Source: Candidatus Kaiserbacteria bacterium
GTDB lineage: Bacteria; Patescibacteriota; Minisyncoccia; Phycocordibacterales; Phycocordibacteraceae
Assembly (NCBI GenBank): GCA_023269035.1
Contig: JAHFMJ010000003.1
Span: forward strand, 1-57,524
DNA length: 57,524 bases
Direction: 5' to 3'
The notes under the pieces were generated by a model that was given only the letters and a program-made list of their open reading frames with translations, was not told where the DNA came from and made no database searches. This document shows positions 36,138 to 45,125 of this stretch, in pieces. Within the stretch, counting starts at the first letter, position 1. Each line of letters begins with the position of its first letter. The position numbers were made by a program, and so were the translations under genes.

Positions 36138-38048
36138 TTATACTATTTCGTCCGGATCGATAGTTATCGCAATGTCGGGGGGCAAGGCACGGAGCCGCTC
36201 CACGAGAGACGGGTCGGGCCATCCTTGTAAAGGTCCGTTCTGCGCAATACGGATGACAGCGCGCGCATGCCACTCGGTCTTACCGAGAGCGGTCGCCGGC
36301 AACGGCCCTACGAGATCGAGATCTTTAAAACTTTCAGAAACTTTCAGACTGAGTTTCTCCACAAGAGCTTTGTTCCCGCCCCACGAGAGGCCGATAAAGA
36401 CCGTAAAGGGCGGGTAACCATATTTCTCACGCTCACTTATGTCCTTTCGATAAAAATCGAGTGGGTTGCCCGAGGCGAGCGTTTTCATCACCTCGTCCTC
36501 CGGTCGGCGCGTCTCGACAATGAGCTCGTTTTCAGCACGCTCGCGGAGATAAAATAGGATGGAGAGGGCATGCTCGTGCGCACGCCATGCGGAGAGCGAG
36601 AGGATGCTGTCGAGAGAGGCGACCGCAACAAGCTCGACCGGTTCGGAAAGGTAGGGGAGCATGCGCTCTGTGCCGACGAGTATCGCGCCGCCAGTGCCGA
36701 AAAATTGGGCGGCTAACTTCTTCGCTGCTTTCTGGGTAGGCGTCGTGTCTCTGGTAAAGACAAAGATGGGCGTTTTGGGAAAAGATTTCTGAAGCTCCTC
36801 GGCGACCCTGTCGACACCGATGCCGAGCGTCACCAGGTTCCATCCGCCGCAATTCTTGCAGGAGGTATGCGCAGAAAGGGTCGCGCCGGAGCGATGGGAC
36901 ATGAAAATATTACCCTCTGGTGTCTTATGGAGCACCATTGGCGCACCCGTCGATGGGTCGGATACGGGCGTGCCGCAATCATTACAGACGGTCAAAGGGG
37001 CAATGCCGCGCCGCGCTGCGAATACCACCGCCCGACCGCCTTTGGCAACCTCACGTTGTATGCTTTCTTTTGTTTCGTCGGTGAGAGTCGTAAAGAGTCT
37101 CTTTTGTCCCTTGGCCTCGTCTTTCTTCCGTTCGTCAATGACGGTGACGAGAGCGGTGCTTGTCGGCCGCAGTTGCGAACGTGCCAGTTCATCGACCTCG
37201 TTCGTATCGACACGATAACGGGTTTCAACGCGGAGCGGGAAATCAGCGAGGATAAGTCGCGCTCCGGTCGTGCGGGCGAGATACTGCGCTGCAAGCCGGA
37301 CGTCGAGGTGCGGGCGCGTAACGGCGCGATAGGATCGAGCGCTCTCACGCTCGATCACGAGCGTGTCGATGTTTTGGCGGGGGACTGACAGAGCAAATGA
37401 AGTCCCCACAATAAGCAGCGGCGCGGTATCGATAACGACGCGCTTCCATCGTTCGATGAGTTTTTTCTTCTGCACTTCGCTCGTGAGGAGTATAACGCTC
37501 TCCTCAATGCCGCGCTCAAGCTCTTTGACCAAGTGTTCAGCCTCTACGACGGTCGGCGCGAGGATAAGCATCGACGCGTTGCGGGCAAACGCTTCACGCG
37601 CCAAATTGCGATACGTACGGATGCGCTCACCGCGCTCAGCCTGCAGAACGAGCAGGTCTGGGCTCACCATGCTACGCGGGGTCTCCTCCTGCGCCTCGAT
37701 GAGCTGCGGGAGCGAACTGAGCAATACTCCAGAGGTGAGCGCGGCAAGGACGGCGCCTTCATGGACACCATGCCAGAGCGCCGTCTCTTTTACTGCAGCT
37801 ATGAACGCATTGGTAAAAATGCGCTTCGGCTTTGCTACCGGAGATATTTTCTTAAGAGAAAACTCGGCACTCTTAAGATCGAGCTTTTCTTCTCGAACAT
37901 CTTTCGACTCGAGAACGAGAGAGGGCGTAGGGCGGCTACGGACGGACGTCGTGACGACGCTTCCGACGGGAAGAGGGGTACGGGAAAAAAACGTAAGGTG
38001 GTCCTTAAAGACACCGCGCGCGATAGGCATCACTCGTACGACGAACAT
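36138..38048 (-). CDS. priA: primosomal protein N' (PriA)-like, with degenerate helicase motifs
   Basis: Collinear with PriA, including APTVVEAEHL, LIVGTSFAL and the CNDCG...CKNCGG Cys region. Start at MFVVRVMPIARG (38048). Confidence 0.82.
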   Translation of the reverse strand: MFVVRVMPIARGVFKDHLTFFSRTPLPVGSVVTTSVRSRPTPSLVLESKDVREEKLDLKSAEFSLKKISPVAKPKRIFTNAFIAAVKETALWHGVHEGAVLAALTSGVLLSSLPQLIEAQEETPRSMVSPDLLVLQAERGERIRTYRNLAREAFARNASMLILAPTVVEAEHLVKELERGIEESVILLTSEVQKKKLIERWKRVVIDTAPLLIVGTSFALSVPRQNIDTLVIERESARSYRAVTRPHLDVRLAAQYLARTTGARLILADFPLRVETRYRVDTNEVDELARSQLRPTSTALVTVIDERKKDEAKGQKRLFTTLTDETKESIQREVAKGGRAVVFAARRGIAPLTVCNDCGTPVSDPSTGAPMVLHKTPEGNIFMSHRSGATLSAHTSCKNCGGWNLVTLGIGVDRVAEELQKSFPKTPIFVFTRDTTPTQKAAKKLAAQFFGTGGAILVGTERMLPYLSEPVELVAVASLDSILSLSAWRAHEHALSILFYLRERAENELIVETRRPEDEVMKTLASGNPLDFYRKDISEREKYGYPPFTVFIGLSWGGNKALVEKLSLKVSESFKDLDLVGPLPATALGKTEWHARAVIRIAQNGPLQGWPDPSLVERLRALPPDIAITIDPDEIV

Positions 38049-38062
38049 GGCTCTAGTGTACA

Positions 38063-39343
38063 ATGATGCGCATGTCAGGCGATACATTCGTCATCGAGGG
38101 CCTCTCAGGGAAGAAACTCCTCTCCGGGACCATCCCCGTCTATGGGGCAAAAAACGCCGTTTTGCCGATCATGGCGGCGGCGGCCCTCCTTGAAGGCGAG
38201 ACGAAGCTTGCCAATGTCCCCGGCATTACCGATGTCGGCTCTATGTCACGCCTTCTTGAAGATCTTGGCGCTTTTGTAACGCAAACAGGAAAAGAAATGA
38301 CCATAAGCGCGAAAGGGGTGAGCGGTACGGTGCTAAATCCAGACATCGCCAAGCTGATGCGCGCAAGCATCGTCCTCACCGGACCTATATTGGCACGGAT
38401 GGGGCAGGTGACCTTCCCGCATCCCGGAGGCGACGTCATCGGGGAGAGACCTATTGATATATTTGTCTCCGGCTTCAAGAAGCTCGGAGCCACGTACACG
38501 GAGACAGCAGAATCGTACACGCTCTCCGCACCAGGCGGACTTTCAGGAGGCGAGTTCTTTTTCCGCATCGTATCCGTCACTGCAACCGAGACGATCATGA
38601 TGGCAGCGGTGCTCGCCAAAGGCCCGGTCACATTGAAGAACTGCGCGATGGAGCCGGAGGTCATCGCGGTCGCTGACTTCCTCATATCCTGCGGCGCGCA
38701 GATAGAAGGAGCAGGAACTCCTACCATCCGTATCAAGCCCTCAGTGCTTCATGTACCAGAGAACGTGTGCTCGATCATTCCCGACAGGATCGAAGCGACA
38801 ACCTTTCTTGCGCTCGGAGCCCTTGCAGGAGAGGAACTTCAAATAACCAATATCGAGCCCTCGCACCTTGATGCCGTACTTGATATGTTCTCTGCTGCCG
38901 GCGTAACATTTTCCATTACAAAGAACGCTATCACCGTCCGTGCTCCGGAGAAGTTCAATCCCGTGAAGCTCCGAACGCATGAGTATCCTGGATTTCCTAC
39001 GGATGGACAGGCCCCCATGACCATCCTTCTGACACAGGCGGAAGGGGAGAGCGCCATTTACGAAACTATCTTTGACGGGCGCTTACGCTACATAGATGAG
39101 CTTACCGGCATGGGAGCAAACGTAACCGTGGTCAACCCGCATCGAGCGAACGTCAAAGGATCGACGCCGCTTACAGGCCGTGACATCGCAACCCCCGATA
39201 TCCGAGCAGGCCTTGCCTTTATACTCGCCGCTGCGATTGCCGACGGAAAGTCGAACATCGGAAATGCACATCTGATAGACCGCGGTTATGAAAAGATAGA
39301 AGAGCGACTCAGCGCAGTGGGGCTTTCGATCAAACGAGTATGA
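38063..39343 (+). CDS. murA: UDP-N-acetylglucosamine 1-carboxyvinyltransferase
   Basis: YGAKNAVLPI and PGGDVIGERPID (Asp at the Cys115 position). ATG 38072 is the likelier start, 7 nt after TACAAT 38059-38064. Confidence 0.95.
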   Translation: MMRMSGDTFVIEGLSGKKLLSGTIPVYGAKNAVLPIMAAAALLEGETKLANVPGITDVGSMSRLLEDLGAFVTQTGKEMTISAKGVSGTVLNPDIAKLMRASIVLTGPILARMGQVTFPHPGGDVIGERPIDIFVSGFKKLGATYTETAESYTLSAPGGLSGGEFFFRIVSVTATETIMMAAVLAKGPVTLKNCAMEPEVIAVADFLISCGAQIEGAGTPTIRIKPSVLHVPENVCSIIPDRIEATTFLALGALAGEELQITNIEPSHLDAVLDMFSAAGVTFSITKNAITVRAPEKFNPVKLRTHEYPGFPTDGQAPMTILLTQAEGESAIYETIFDGRLRYIDELTGMGANVTVVNPHRANVKGSTPLTGRDIATPDIRAGLAFILAAAIADGKSNIGNAHLIDRGYEKIEERLSAVGLSIKRV

Positions 39344-40272
39344 CCCACGAAGATATACAGACACAACTTGCCTATGTGCCTGTTGTAGAAAATAAAACCG
39401 TACTACCAACTGCTCACGTGGTGATTGGCGGTATGGGAGGCTCAGCGCTCGGCGCAGAGGCTCTGGTATTTCTTGACCCAACGCTTCCTATCAAAATCTA
39501 CAGGGGTTACGGGCTTCCCCAGCATGATGATGGAAGCGCTCTCCATATCGCGATTTCGCACTCAGGGACTACCGAGGAGGCCCTGTCTTTCGCACAGGCA
39601 GCCAAGGAGAAAAATGTGCCGATCGCGGCTATCGCCTCGGGTGGAGCGCTTATAGCATTCGCAAAGGATGCCGGTATACCTTTTGTACAAATCCCGCCTT
39701 CAGGCCAACCAAGGAACGCACTCATGTATCTTTGCCGAGCAGTCTCCACGCTGATAGGCAGGGAGGACCTGCTCACCGTGCTTGAGAGAGCAGCGTTCGA
39801 TGAGGATGCGGCACAAAAAGATGCCGAGCGGCTTGCAGCCGCCATAACTGGGGCGCTACCGATTTTCTATGCTTCTGACAAAAATGGATTTCTCGCGCGC
39901 CTTGCCCGCATCAACATGAATGAGACTGCAAAGATGCCCTCGTTCGACAATGTCTTTCCGGAGCTCAACCATAACGAGATGCAGTCATACGACACGGCCG
40001 CGCCTGAAGAAGTGGCCGCGCTCGCGCGCTTTATCCTCATCACGGACAGTGATGACGACCCCCGTATCATAAAGCGGATGGATATCTTTGCGGAGCTTAT
40101 GCGCGAGCGGGGCCGGAGCGTCACTGAGTTATCACTCATCGGAAATTCTCGCGCCGAGAAGCTCATCCGTTTCTGGTACACCGCCCAGCGCAGCGCAGGT
40201 GCGCTTGCGCAAAAACGCGGCATAGACCCCGATAGCGTCCCGCTCGTCGTTGATTTCAAAAAACGCCTTTAA
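39340..40272 (+). CDS. SIS-domain bifunctional phosphoglucose/phosphomannose isomerase (archaeal type)
   Basis: GGMGGSALG and SHSGTTEE SIS motifs. About 310 aa. Confidence 0.78.
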   Translation: MTHEDIQTQLAYVPVVENKTVLPTAHVVIGGMGGSALGAEALVFLDPTLPIKIYRGYGLPQHDDGSALHIAISHSGTTEEALSFAQAAKEKNVPIAAIASGGALIAFAKDAGIPFVQIPPSGQPRNALMYLCRAVSTLIGREDLLTVLERAAFDEDAAQKDAERLAAAITGALPIFYASDKNGFLARLARINMNETAKMPSFDNVFPELNHNEMQSYDTAAPEEVAALARFILITDSDDDPRIIKRMDIFAELMRERGRSVTELSLIGNSRAEKLIRFWYTAQRSAGALAQKRGIDPDSVPLVVDFKKRL

Positions 40273-40326
40273 AAGTGCTTGGTTTTGTTATTTTAAATAC
40301 AGCCCGAATCCTGTAGAATGGCCGTA

Positions 40327-41343
40327 ATGTCATTCTTTTCCCCCAAGCTTGGAATCGATCTCGGCACGACGACGACCCTCGTGTTCGTCCCGGGCGTGGG
40401 CATCGTGCTCAACGAGCCGTCCGTCGTCGCCGTCTCGGAAGGGGATAGGAAGATACTCGCTATAGGGAGCGAGGCGAAAGAGATGATCGGCCGCACGCCA
40501 GAGAGCATCATCGCGTACCGTCCGATGAAGGACGGCGTCATCGCGGACTATCGCGTGACCGAAGCGATGCTGCGCTACTACATCAAGAAGGCGCTCGGCT
40601 CATGGAACCTCTTCAAGCCCGACGTCATCGTTTCGGTTCCCGCAGGAGTAACCTCGACCGAACGTCGTGCAGTGGTTGAAGCCGCGCTTAAGGCGGGAGC
40701 AAAAAACGCCTACGTCATCAAGGAACCGATACTCGCCGCGATAGGCGCGGGCATCCCCATCCACGAGCCGCGCGGGCACATGATCGCGGACGTTGGCGGC
40801 GGCACTATTGACGTGGCGGTCATCTCGCTCGGCGGCATTGTCGCCTCCACCTCCGTAAAGTGCGCCGGCAACCGCCTGGACCAGGCCATCGCTGACTATA
40901 TAAAGAAGACATACAACCTTGCGATAGGCGACAAGACCGCTGAAGACATAAAGATAGAGATAGGCTCGGCAGTTCCCGTTGAGGAGGAACTCTCAATGAT
41001 CATCAAGGGGCGCGATCTGCTCTCGGGGCTTCCGCGTACAGCGACGGTCACGACCAACGAGATAGTACGCGCCATCGCGCGGGAGCTACGCGAGATGATA
41101 AAAGCGATACGCAATGTCCTGCAGGAGACGCCGCCCGAGCTCGCTGCCGACATCATCGACCGCGGCATCATCATGACCGGCGGCACGTCGCAGCTGCGGC
41201 ATTTCCCCGAGCTCGTCTTCCGTCGCACTGGCGTGCAGGCGGTTATGGCGGAACAAGCGGCCTTCTGCGTGGCCAAAGGTACCGGCATCGCGCTCGACCA
41301 CCTTGAAACCTACAAAAAGACGATGACCACCAAGCGCAGATAA
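40327..41343 (+). CDS. mreB: rod-shape protein MreB (paralog 1)
   Basis: GIDLGTTTT and DVGGGTIDVAV actin-fold motifs. TAGAAT 40314-40319 lies 7 nt before ATG 40327. Confidence 0.93.
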   Translation: MSFFSPKLGIDLGTTTTLVFVPGVGIVLNEPSVVAVSEGDRKILAIGSEAKEMIGRTPESIIAYRPMKDGVIADYRVTEAMLRYYIKKALGSWNLFKPDVIVSVPAGVTSTERRAVVEAALKAGAKNAYVIKEPILAAIGAGIPIHEPRGHMIADVGGGTIDVAVISLGGIVASTSVKCAGNRLDQAIADYIKKTYNLAIGDKTAEDIKIEIGSAVPVEEELSMIIKGRDLLSGLPRTATVTTNEIVRAIARELREMIKAIRNVLQETPPELAADIIDRGIIMTGGTSQLRHFPELVFRRTGVQAVMAEQAAFCVAKGTGIALDHLETYKKTMTTKRR

Positions 41344-41345
41344 AA

Positions 41346-42035
41346 ATGAAAGTACACGAACTCGCGGCAATAGAGCATCTTCACCACGCATATCTCGTAA
41401 CGGGGAACGCGGCAAAAGGAGCCGAGGAGGTGCTTGCCATGCTCGCGAAGCGCGGAGTAAAGACGATAGGGAATCCGGATGTACTGACGTACTCATACGC
41501 GGAGTTCTCGGTTGACGCTGCGCGCGAAGTATCCTCTTACGCACTGCTCAAATCGCTCGGAGAAGCGAAATACCTCATCATCTCTTTCAGCAAGGCAACC
41601 AATGAATCCCAGAACGCATTACTGAAGATCATCGAAGAGGCGCCGGGGAGTACCATCTTCTTTTTCTGTATCGACGCTCTCGGACACGTCCTTGCAACTA
41701 TCCGCTCGCGCACTATCGCCGTCTCGGTTTCTGACGCAAACTTGAAAACCGGCGACGAGGATACCGCAAAAGAGGTACGTGAGTTCTTACAGGGCGAGTA
41801 CCCCGAACGACTCGCCATGGTAGATAAAATGACGAGTTACATAACGAAGACGCAGGACCGCTCGCCCGTGCGCGCTTTCGTAAAGGAGTTGCTCTCTCGC
41901 GTTCATGAACAAGGTGCATCTCCGCAAGCGCTCCGCGACCTCCTCGATGCAGAAGGCTACATGAGGATGCAAGGCTCTTCGGTCAAAGCGATCCTCGGCC
42001 ACTTGGCGGTGACACTGCCAAGAAGCAGGTCATAA
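41346..42035 (+). CDS. holB: DNA polymerase III delta-prime-like clamp-loader subunit
   Basis: HHAYLVTGN N-terminus, QNALLKIIEEAP, and SRT sensor-like (IRSRTI). No Walker A. Confidence 0.6.
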   Translation: MKVHELAAIEHLHHAYLVTGNAAKGAEEVLAMLAKRGVKTIGNPDVLTYSYAEFSVDAAREVSSYALLKSLGEAKYLIISFSKATNESQNALLKIIEEAPGSTIFFFCIDALGHVLATIRSRTIAVSVSDANLKTGDEDTAKEVREFLQGEYPERLAMVDKMTSYITKTQDRSPVRAFVKELLSRVHEQGASPQALRDLLDAEGYMRMQGSSVKAILGHLAVTLPRSRS

Positions 42036-42062
42036 CCGGAAGTTTGGTATACTAAAAATAAT

Positions 42063-42611
42063 ATGTACGACCTTAACGCATTCAAAAAAACAGCGAATGA
42101 AAAAATAGATTGGCTCGGTCAGGAGATGCAGGGCCTGCGCACCGGACGTGCATCACCAGCGCTGCTCGACGGGGTGTCGCTTGAGGTGTACGGCTCACGG
42201 ATGAAGCTCAATCAGGCTGCGAACATCACTATCGAGGACGCGCGCACTCTCTACGTCAACCCGTGGGACAAGGAGCAGGTGAAGGCGATCGAAAAAGCTA
42301 TAACTTTGGCAGAGCTTGGCGTGGGCGTGGGCTCGGACGACAAAGGCATCCGCGTGTCGTTCCCCGAGCTGACCGCCGAGCGACGGACACAACTGATAAA
42401 GCTTGCGAAAGGAAAACTGGAGGAGGCGCGCGTCGCGCTCCGTGGCGCGCGCACGAAAGCGATGAGCGAGCTTGAAGCGCTCGAGAAAGGGGGCGGCATG
42501 GGCAAGGATGACGCGAAGCGCCAGAAGGACGAGGTGCAGAAAGTGGTGGATGACGTGAATGGCAAGCTTGAAGGCATACTAGAGAAGAAAGAGAAGGAGC
42601 TCAATTCCTAG
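42063..42611 (+). CDS. frr: ribosome recycling factor
   Basis: 182 aa, RRF pattern throughout. TATACT 42048-42053 lies 9 nt upstream. Confidence 0.95.
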   Translation: MYDLNAFKKTANEKIDWLGQEMQGLRTGRASPALLDGVSLEVYGSRMKLNQAANITIEDARTLYVNPWDKEQVKAIEKAITLAELGVGVGSDDKGIRVSFPELTAERRTQLIKLAKGKLEEARVALRGARTKAMSELEALEKGGGMGKDDAKRQKDEVQKVVDDVNGKLEGILEKKEKELNS

Positions 42612-42612
42612 C

Positions 42613-43698
42613 ATGAGCATCGTCATATTCATCGTGATGCTCCTCGTGCTTGTCGTGGGGCACGAGTTTGGGCACCTCATCGTTGCCAAGCTCTCCGGTA
42701 TGAAAGTGCCGGAGTTCGGAATCGGTTTTCCGCCCAAGCTCTGGGGAAAGAAAATAGGGGAGACGGAATATACCATAAACGCCTTGCCCTTCGGCGGCTT
42801 CGTCAAGATATTCGGCGAGGACGATACGGCCCAAGGTGACCCGCGCGCGTTCGGCAACCGGCCTGTGCTTACGCAGGCCGGAACACTGTTCGCCGGGCCT
42901 TTTGCGAACTTCGTTTTGGCCTTCCTCCTCTCGACTGCAGCCTTCATGATAGGCGTACCGACAGCTATCGACTCTGCTCAAAAGCAGGACGTCAGCAATC
43001 CGCGCGTCCTCGTCGCCGAAGTGCTGAAAAGCTCTCCTGCGCAAATGGCAGGCATCCAGACAGGGGATGAGATACGCTCGATACGCGTCGCCGGAGCCGA
43101 ACAGGCGATCAAGACGCCAGAAGACATACTGACGACGATAGGAGAAGCCAGAGGTCCCATCAACCTCACCATACTTCGCAATAAGCATGAGATCTCTCTA
43201 CAGATGACACCGAAAAGCGGGGTCATCGCGGAAGAGCCCAACCGGCCCGCGATAGGCATTGCAACCGCGCTGGTCGGCATTCGCACACTCCCGCTCTTTG
43301 AGGCCATCGCCACCGGGTGGAGAGACACGCTCGATCATGCATGGAGCATCCTCATAGGAATAGGTACCCTTATCGGTTCTGCATTTACTTTTTCCGCAAA
43401 ACTCTCTGACGTAGCGGGCCCCATCGGCATCGTCTCGCTCGTCGGCGATGCGACGGCTTTCGGCCTCGGCTCGCTACTCTCGTTCGCTGCGCTCATCTCA
43501 GTCAACCTCGGCGTCATCAACCTGTTACCGTTCCCGGCCCTCGACGGGGGCCGCCTAGCACTCCTTGGCGTCGAAACGCTTTCGCGCCGCAAGATACCAG
43601 TATCGGTTGCGAACGCCCTGAATCTCGGCGGCTTCGCTGTGCTCATACTTCTTATGCTCGCGGTGACGGCCCACGACATCCTCCGATTGCTTACTTGA
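42613..43698 (+). CDS. rseP: RIP metalloprotease RseP (site-2 protease)
   Basis: HEFGHLIVA, a central PDZ domain, and NLLPFPALDGG. Confidence 0.9.
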   Translation: MSIVIFIVMLLVLVVGHEFGHLIVAKLSGMKVPEFGIGFPPKLWGKKIGETEYTINALPFGGFVKIFGEDDTAQGDPRAFGNRPVLTQAGTLFAGPFANFVLAFLLSTAAFMIGVPTAIDSAQKQDVSNPRVLVAEVLKSSPAQMAGIQTGDEIRSIRVAGAEQAIKTPEDILTTIGEARGPINLTILRNKHEISLQMTPKSGVIAEEPNRPAIGIATALVGIRTLPLFEAIATGWRDTLDHAWSILIGIGTLIGSAFTFSAKLSDVAGPIGIVSLVGDATAFGLGSLLSFAALISVNLGVINLLPFPALDGGRLALLGVETLSRRKIPVSVANALNLGGFAVLILLMLAVTAHDILRLLT

Positions 43699-43722
43699 CA
43701 TTTTTAAGAAGAAGAGTATACT
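43695..43722 (+). promoter_or_regulatory. near-consensus sigma-70 promoter TTGACA-16-TATACT
   Basis: TTGACA 43695-43700 (overlaps the rseP stop) and TATACT 43717-43722. Confidence 0.6.
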
Positions 43723-43728
43723 TTAAAG

Positions 43729-43927
43729 CAGTTGAATAAAAGCGCCCGAGTGTGGTACCCCGCCACACGAGCTGCCCGAAAAACGGGACGGAAGGATACC
43801 GTAAAAATGAATCCACAGTGTGTCATCCAGAGGCCAAGGCCGAAGGAAGGAGCACTCGCATCCTCACACACCGGTTAGGTGTGTTTTTGTTTAAGAAGGA
43901 TGCGGAATGGTATTGTAAAGACACGAT
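43729..43927 (+). ncRNA. unclassified structured RNA: proA leader/riboswitch-like element or stand-alone sRNA of about 165 nt
   Basis: Non-coding stretch between a strong promoter and proA. Has multiple alternative helices and an intrinsic terminator (see findings). Confidence 0.55.
43866..43892 (+). terminator. intrinsic terminator/attenuator upstream of proA
   Basis: ACACACC (43866-43872) / GGTGTGT (43878-43884) with a GGTTA loop, followed by TTTTGTTT. Confidence 0.75.
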
Positions 43928-45124
43928 ATGAAAAACAGCATCGACTACAAAAAAATACGCCGCGCTTCGGTACTGCTCGCGCAGTCGACCGACGTGCAAA
44001 AAAACCTTTTCCTGAAGAGCCTCGGCGAGAAAATCGTACGCAACCAGAAAAAGATACTTGCGGCCAACGCTCGTGACATCAAAAGCGCGGAAGCCAAGGG
44101 CCTTGAACGTGCATTTATACAACGCCTCGTCCTTGATGAGAAAGGCCTGCGGCACCTTGCCGTAAAAGTGCAAAGCGTACAGAAACTCAAAAGCGGTCTT
44201 GGAGAGACGATAGAGAAGACCGAGAGAGACGGCTTGATACTCAAAAAGGTTCGGGTCCCGCTCGGCGTCCTGGCCGTCATCTATGAAGCACGGCCGGAGG
44301 TGACTACTGACGTTGCGTCGCTGTGTGTTAAAAGTGGCAACGCCGCGATACTCAAAGGCGGTTCGGAAGCGCTTGCTACCAATACGGCTCTCTACGCCTG
44401 TATCCGTGCGGCACTAAAAAAATCAGGGCTGCCGGAGGATGCAGTAACCTTTATCACGACAGGGGACAGGGCAGTGACGAACGAGATGCTTACTCGGCAC
44501 GATGGTATCGACCTTGTTATCGCTCGCGGTGGATACGCTATGGTCAAGGGAGTGATGGAGCGGACAAAGATCCCGGTCCTCGCGCACAGCGCGGGCGGCG
44601 CGCGCGTGTACGTGGACAAGAGCGCTGACCTTGCCATAGCGGAGAGGACGCTGGTGAACGCAAAGATAAACAAGCCCTCTGCCTGTGATTCGCTCGACAC
44701 CATCCTCGTGCATCGCGCAATAGCAAAAAAGTTCATCCCACTCATTACGAAGGCCATGGAAGCTGAAGGCGTAACGGTCAGACGGCAGATGGATTGGGAC
44801 GAGGAAACCCTGAGCCTCAAGGTAGGCATCAAGGTGGTAAAGGACGCTGATGAAGCGATCGCTTTCATAGAAAAACATTCCAAGAAGCACACCGAGGGTA
44901 TCGTCGCGAAGGACGCGAAAGTGGTGAAGCGATTCCTTAATGTCATCGACGCTGCGGCTCTTTTCGTCAATGCTTCTATACAGCTCCACGACGGGTACGT
45001 CTTCGGCCTGGGTGCGGAGATGGGCATCTCGACCTCCAAGCTTCATGCGCGCGGACCGGTCGGGCTGAAAGAATTGACGACGTATAAGTGGGAAGTGTAC
45101 GGACATGGCAACATAAGACAGTGA
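43928..45124 (+). CDS. proA: gamma-glutamyl phosphate reductase
   Basis: 398 aa, collinear with ProA from the first residues. Confidence 0.95.
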   Translation: MKNSIDYKKIRRASVLLAQSTDVQKNLFLKSLGEKIVRNQKKILAANARDIKSAEAKGLERAFIQRLVLDEKGLRHLAVKVQSVQKLKSGLGETIEKTERDGLILKKVRVPLGVLAVIYEARPEVTTDVASLCVKSGNAAILKGGSEALATNTALYACIRAALKKSGLPEDAVTFITTGDRAVTNEMLTRHDGIDLVIARGGYAMVKGVMERTKIPVLAHSAGGARVYVDKSADLAIAERTLVNAKINKPSACDSLDTILVHRAIAKKFIPLITKAMEAEGVTVRRQMDWDEETLSLKVGIKVVKDADEAIAFIEKHSKKHTEGIVAKDAKVVKRFLNVIDAAALFVNASIQLHDGYVFGLGAEMGISTSKLHARGPVGLKELTTYKWEVYGHGNIRQ

Positions 45125-45125
45125 T

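Noticed and set aside
43750-43762. T-box antiterminator core-like 13-mer (GTGTGGTACCCCG, 11/13 identical to GGGTGGTACCGCG) suggesting a canonical tRNA-Pro T-box riboswitch.
   Set aside because: Rejected as a canonical T-box. The motif lies about 20 nt after the predicted TSS, leaving no room for Stem I or a specifier loop. It is also about 100 nt upstream of the terminator, rather than forming the 5' side of an antiterminator that overlaps the terminator. It is kept only as a hint within the finding on the unclassified RNA.
43832-43856. SRP RNA (4.5S) domain IV-like stretch GCCAAGGCCGAAGGAAGGAGCAC resembling GUCAGGUCCGGAAGGAAGCAGC.
   Set aside because: The apical loop would be a GAA triloop rather than a GNRA tetraloop. 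The flanking strands do not form the conserved symmetric and asymmetric loop helices cleanly. The 3' arm is shared with the terminator stem. A covariance-model search is needed before calling this ffs.
43807-43878. 23-codon upstream ORF (MNPQCVIQRPRPKEGALASSHTG) with an AAGGA 10 nt upstream and its stop codon in the terminator loop, as a possible proline-sensing leader peptide.
   Set aside because: It has only 3 non-consecutive Pro codons. The predicted stalling geometry would favour termination under proline starvation, which is the wrong regulatory sign. SD-led translation is atypical for this window.
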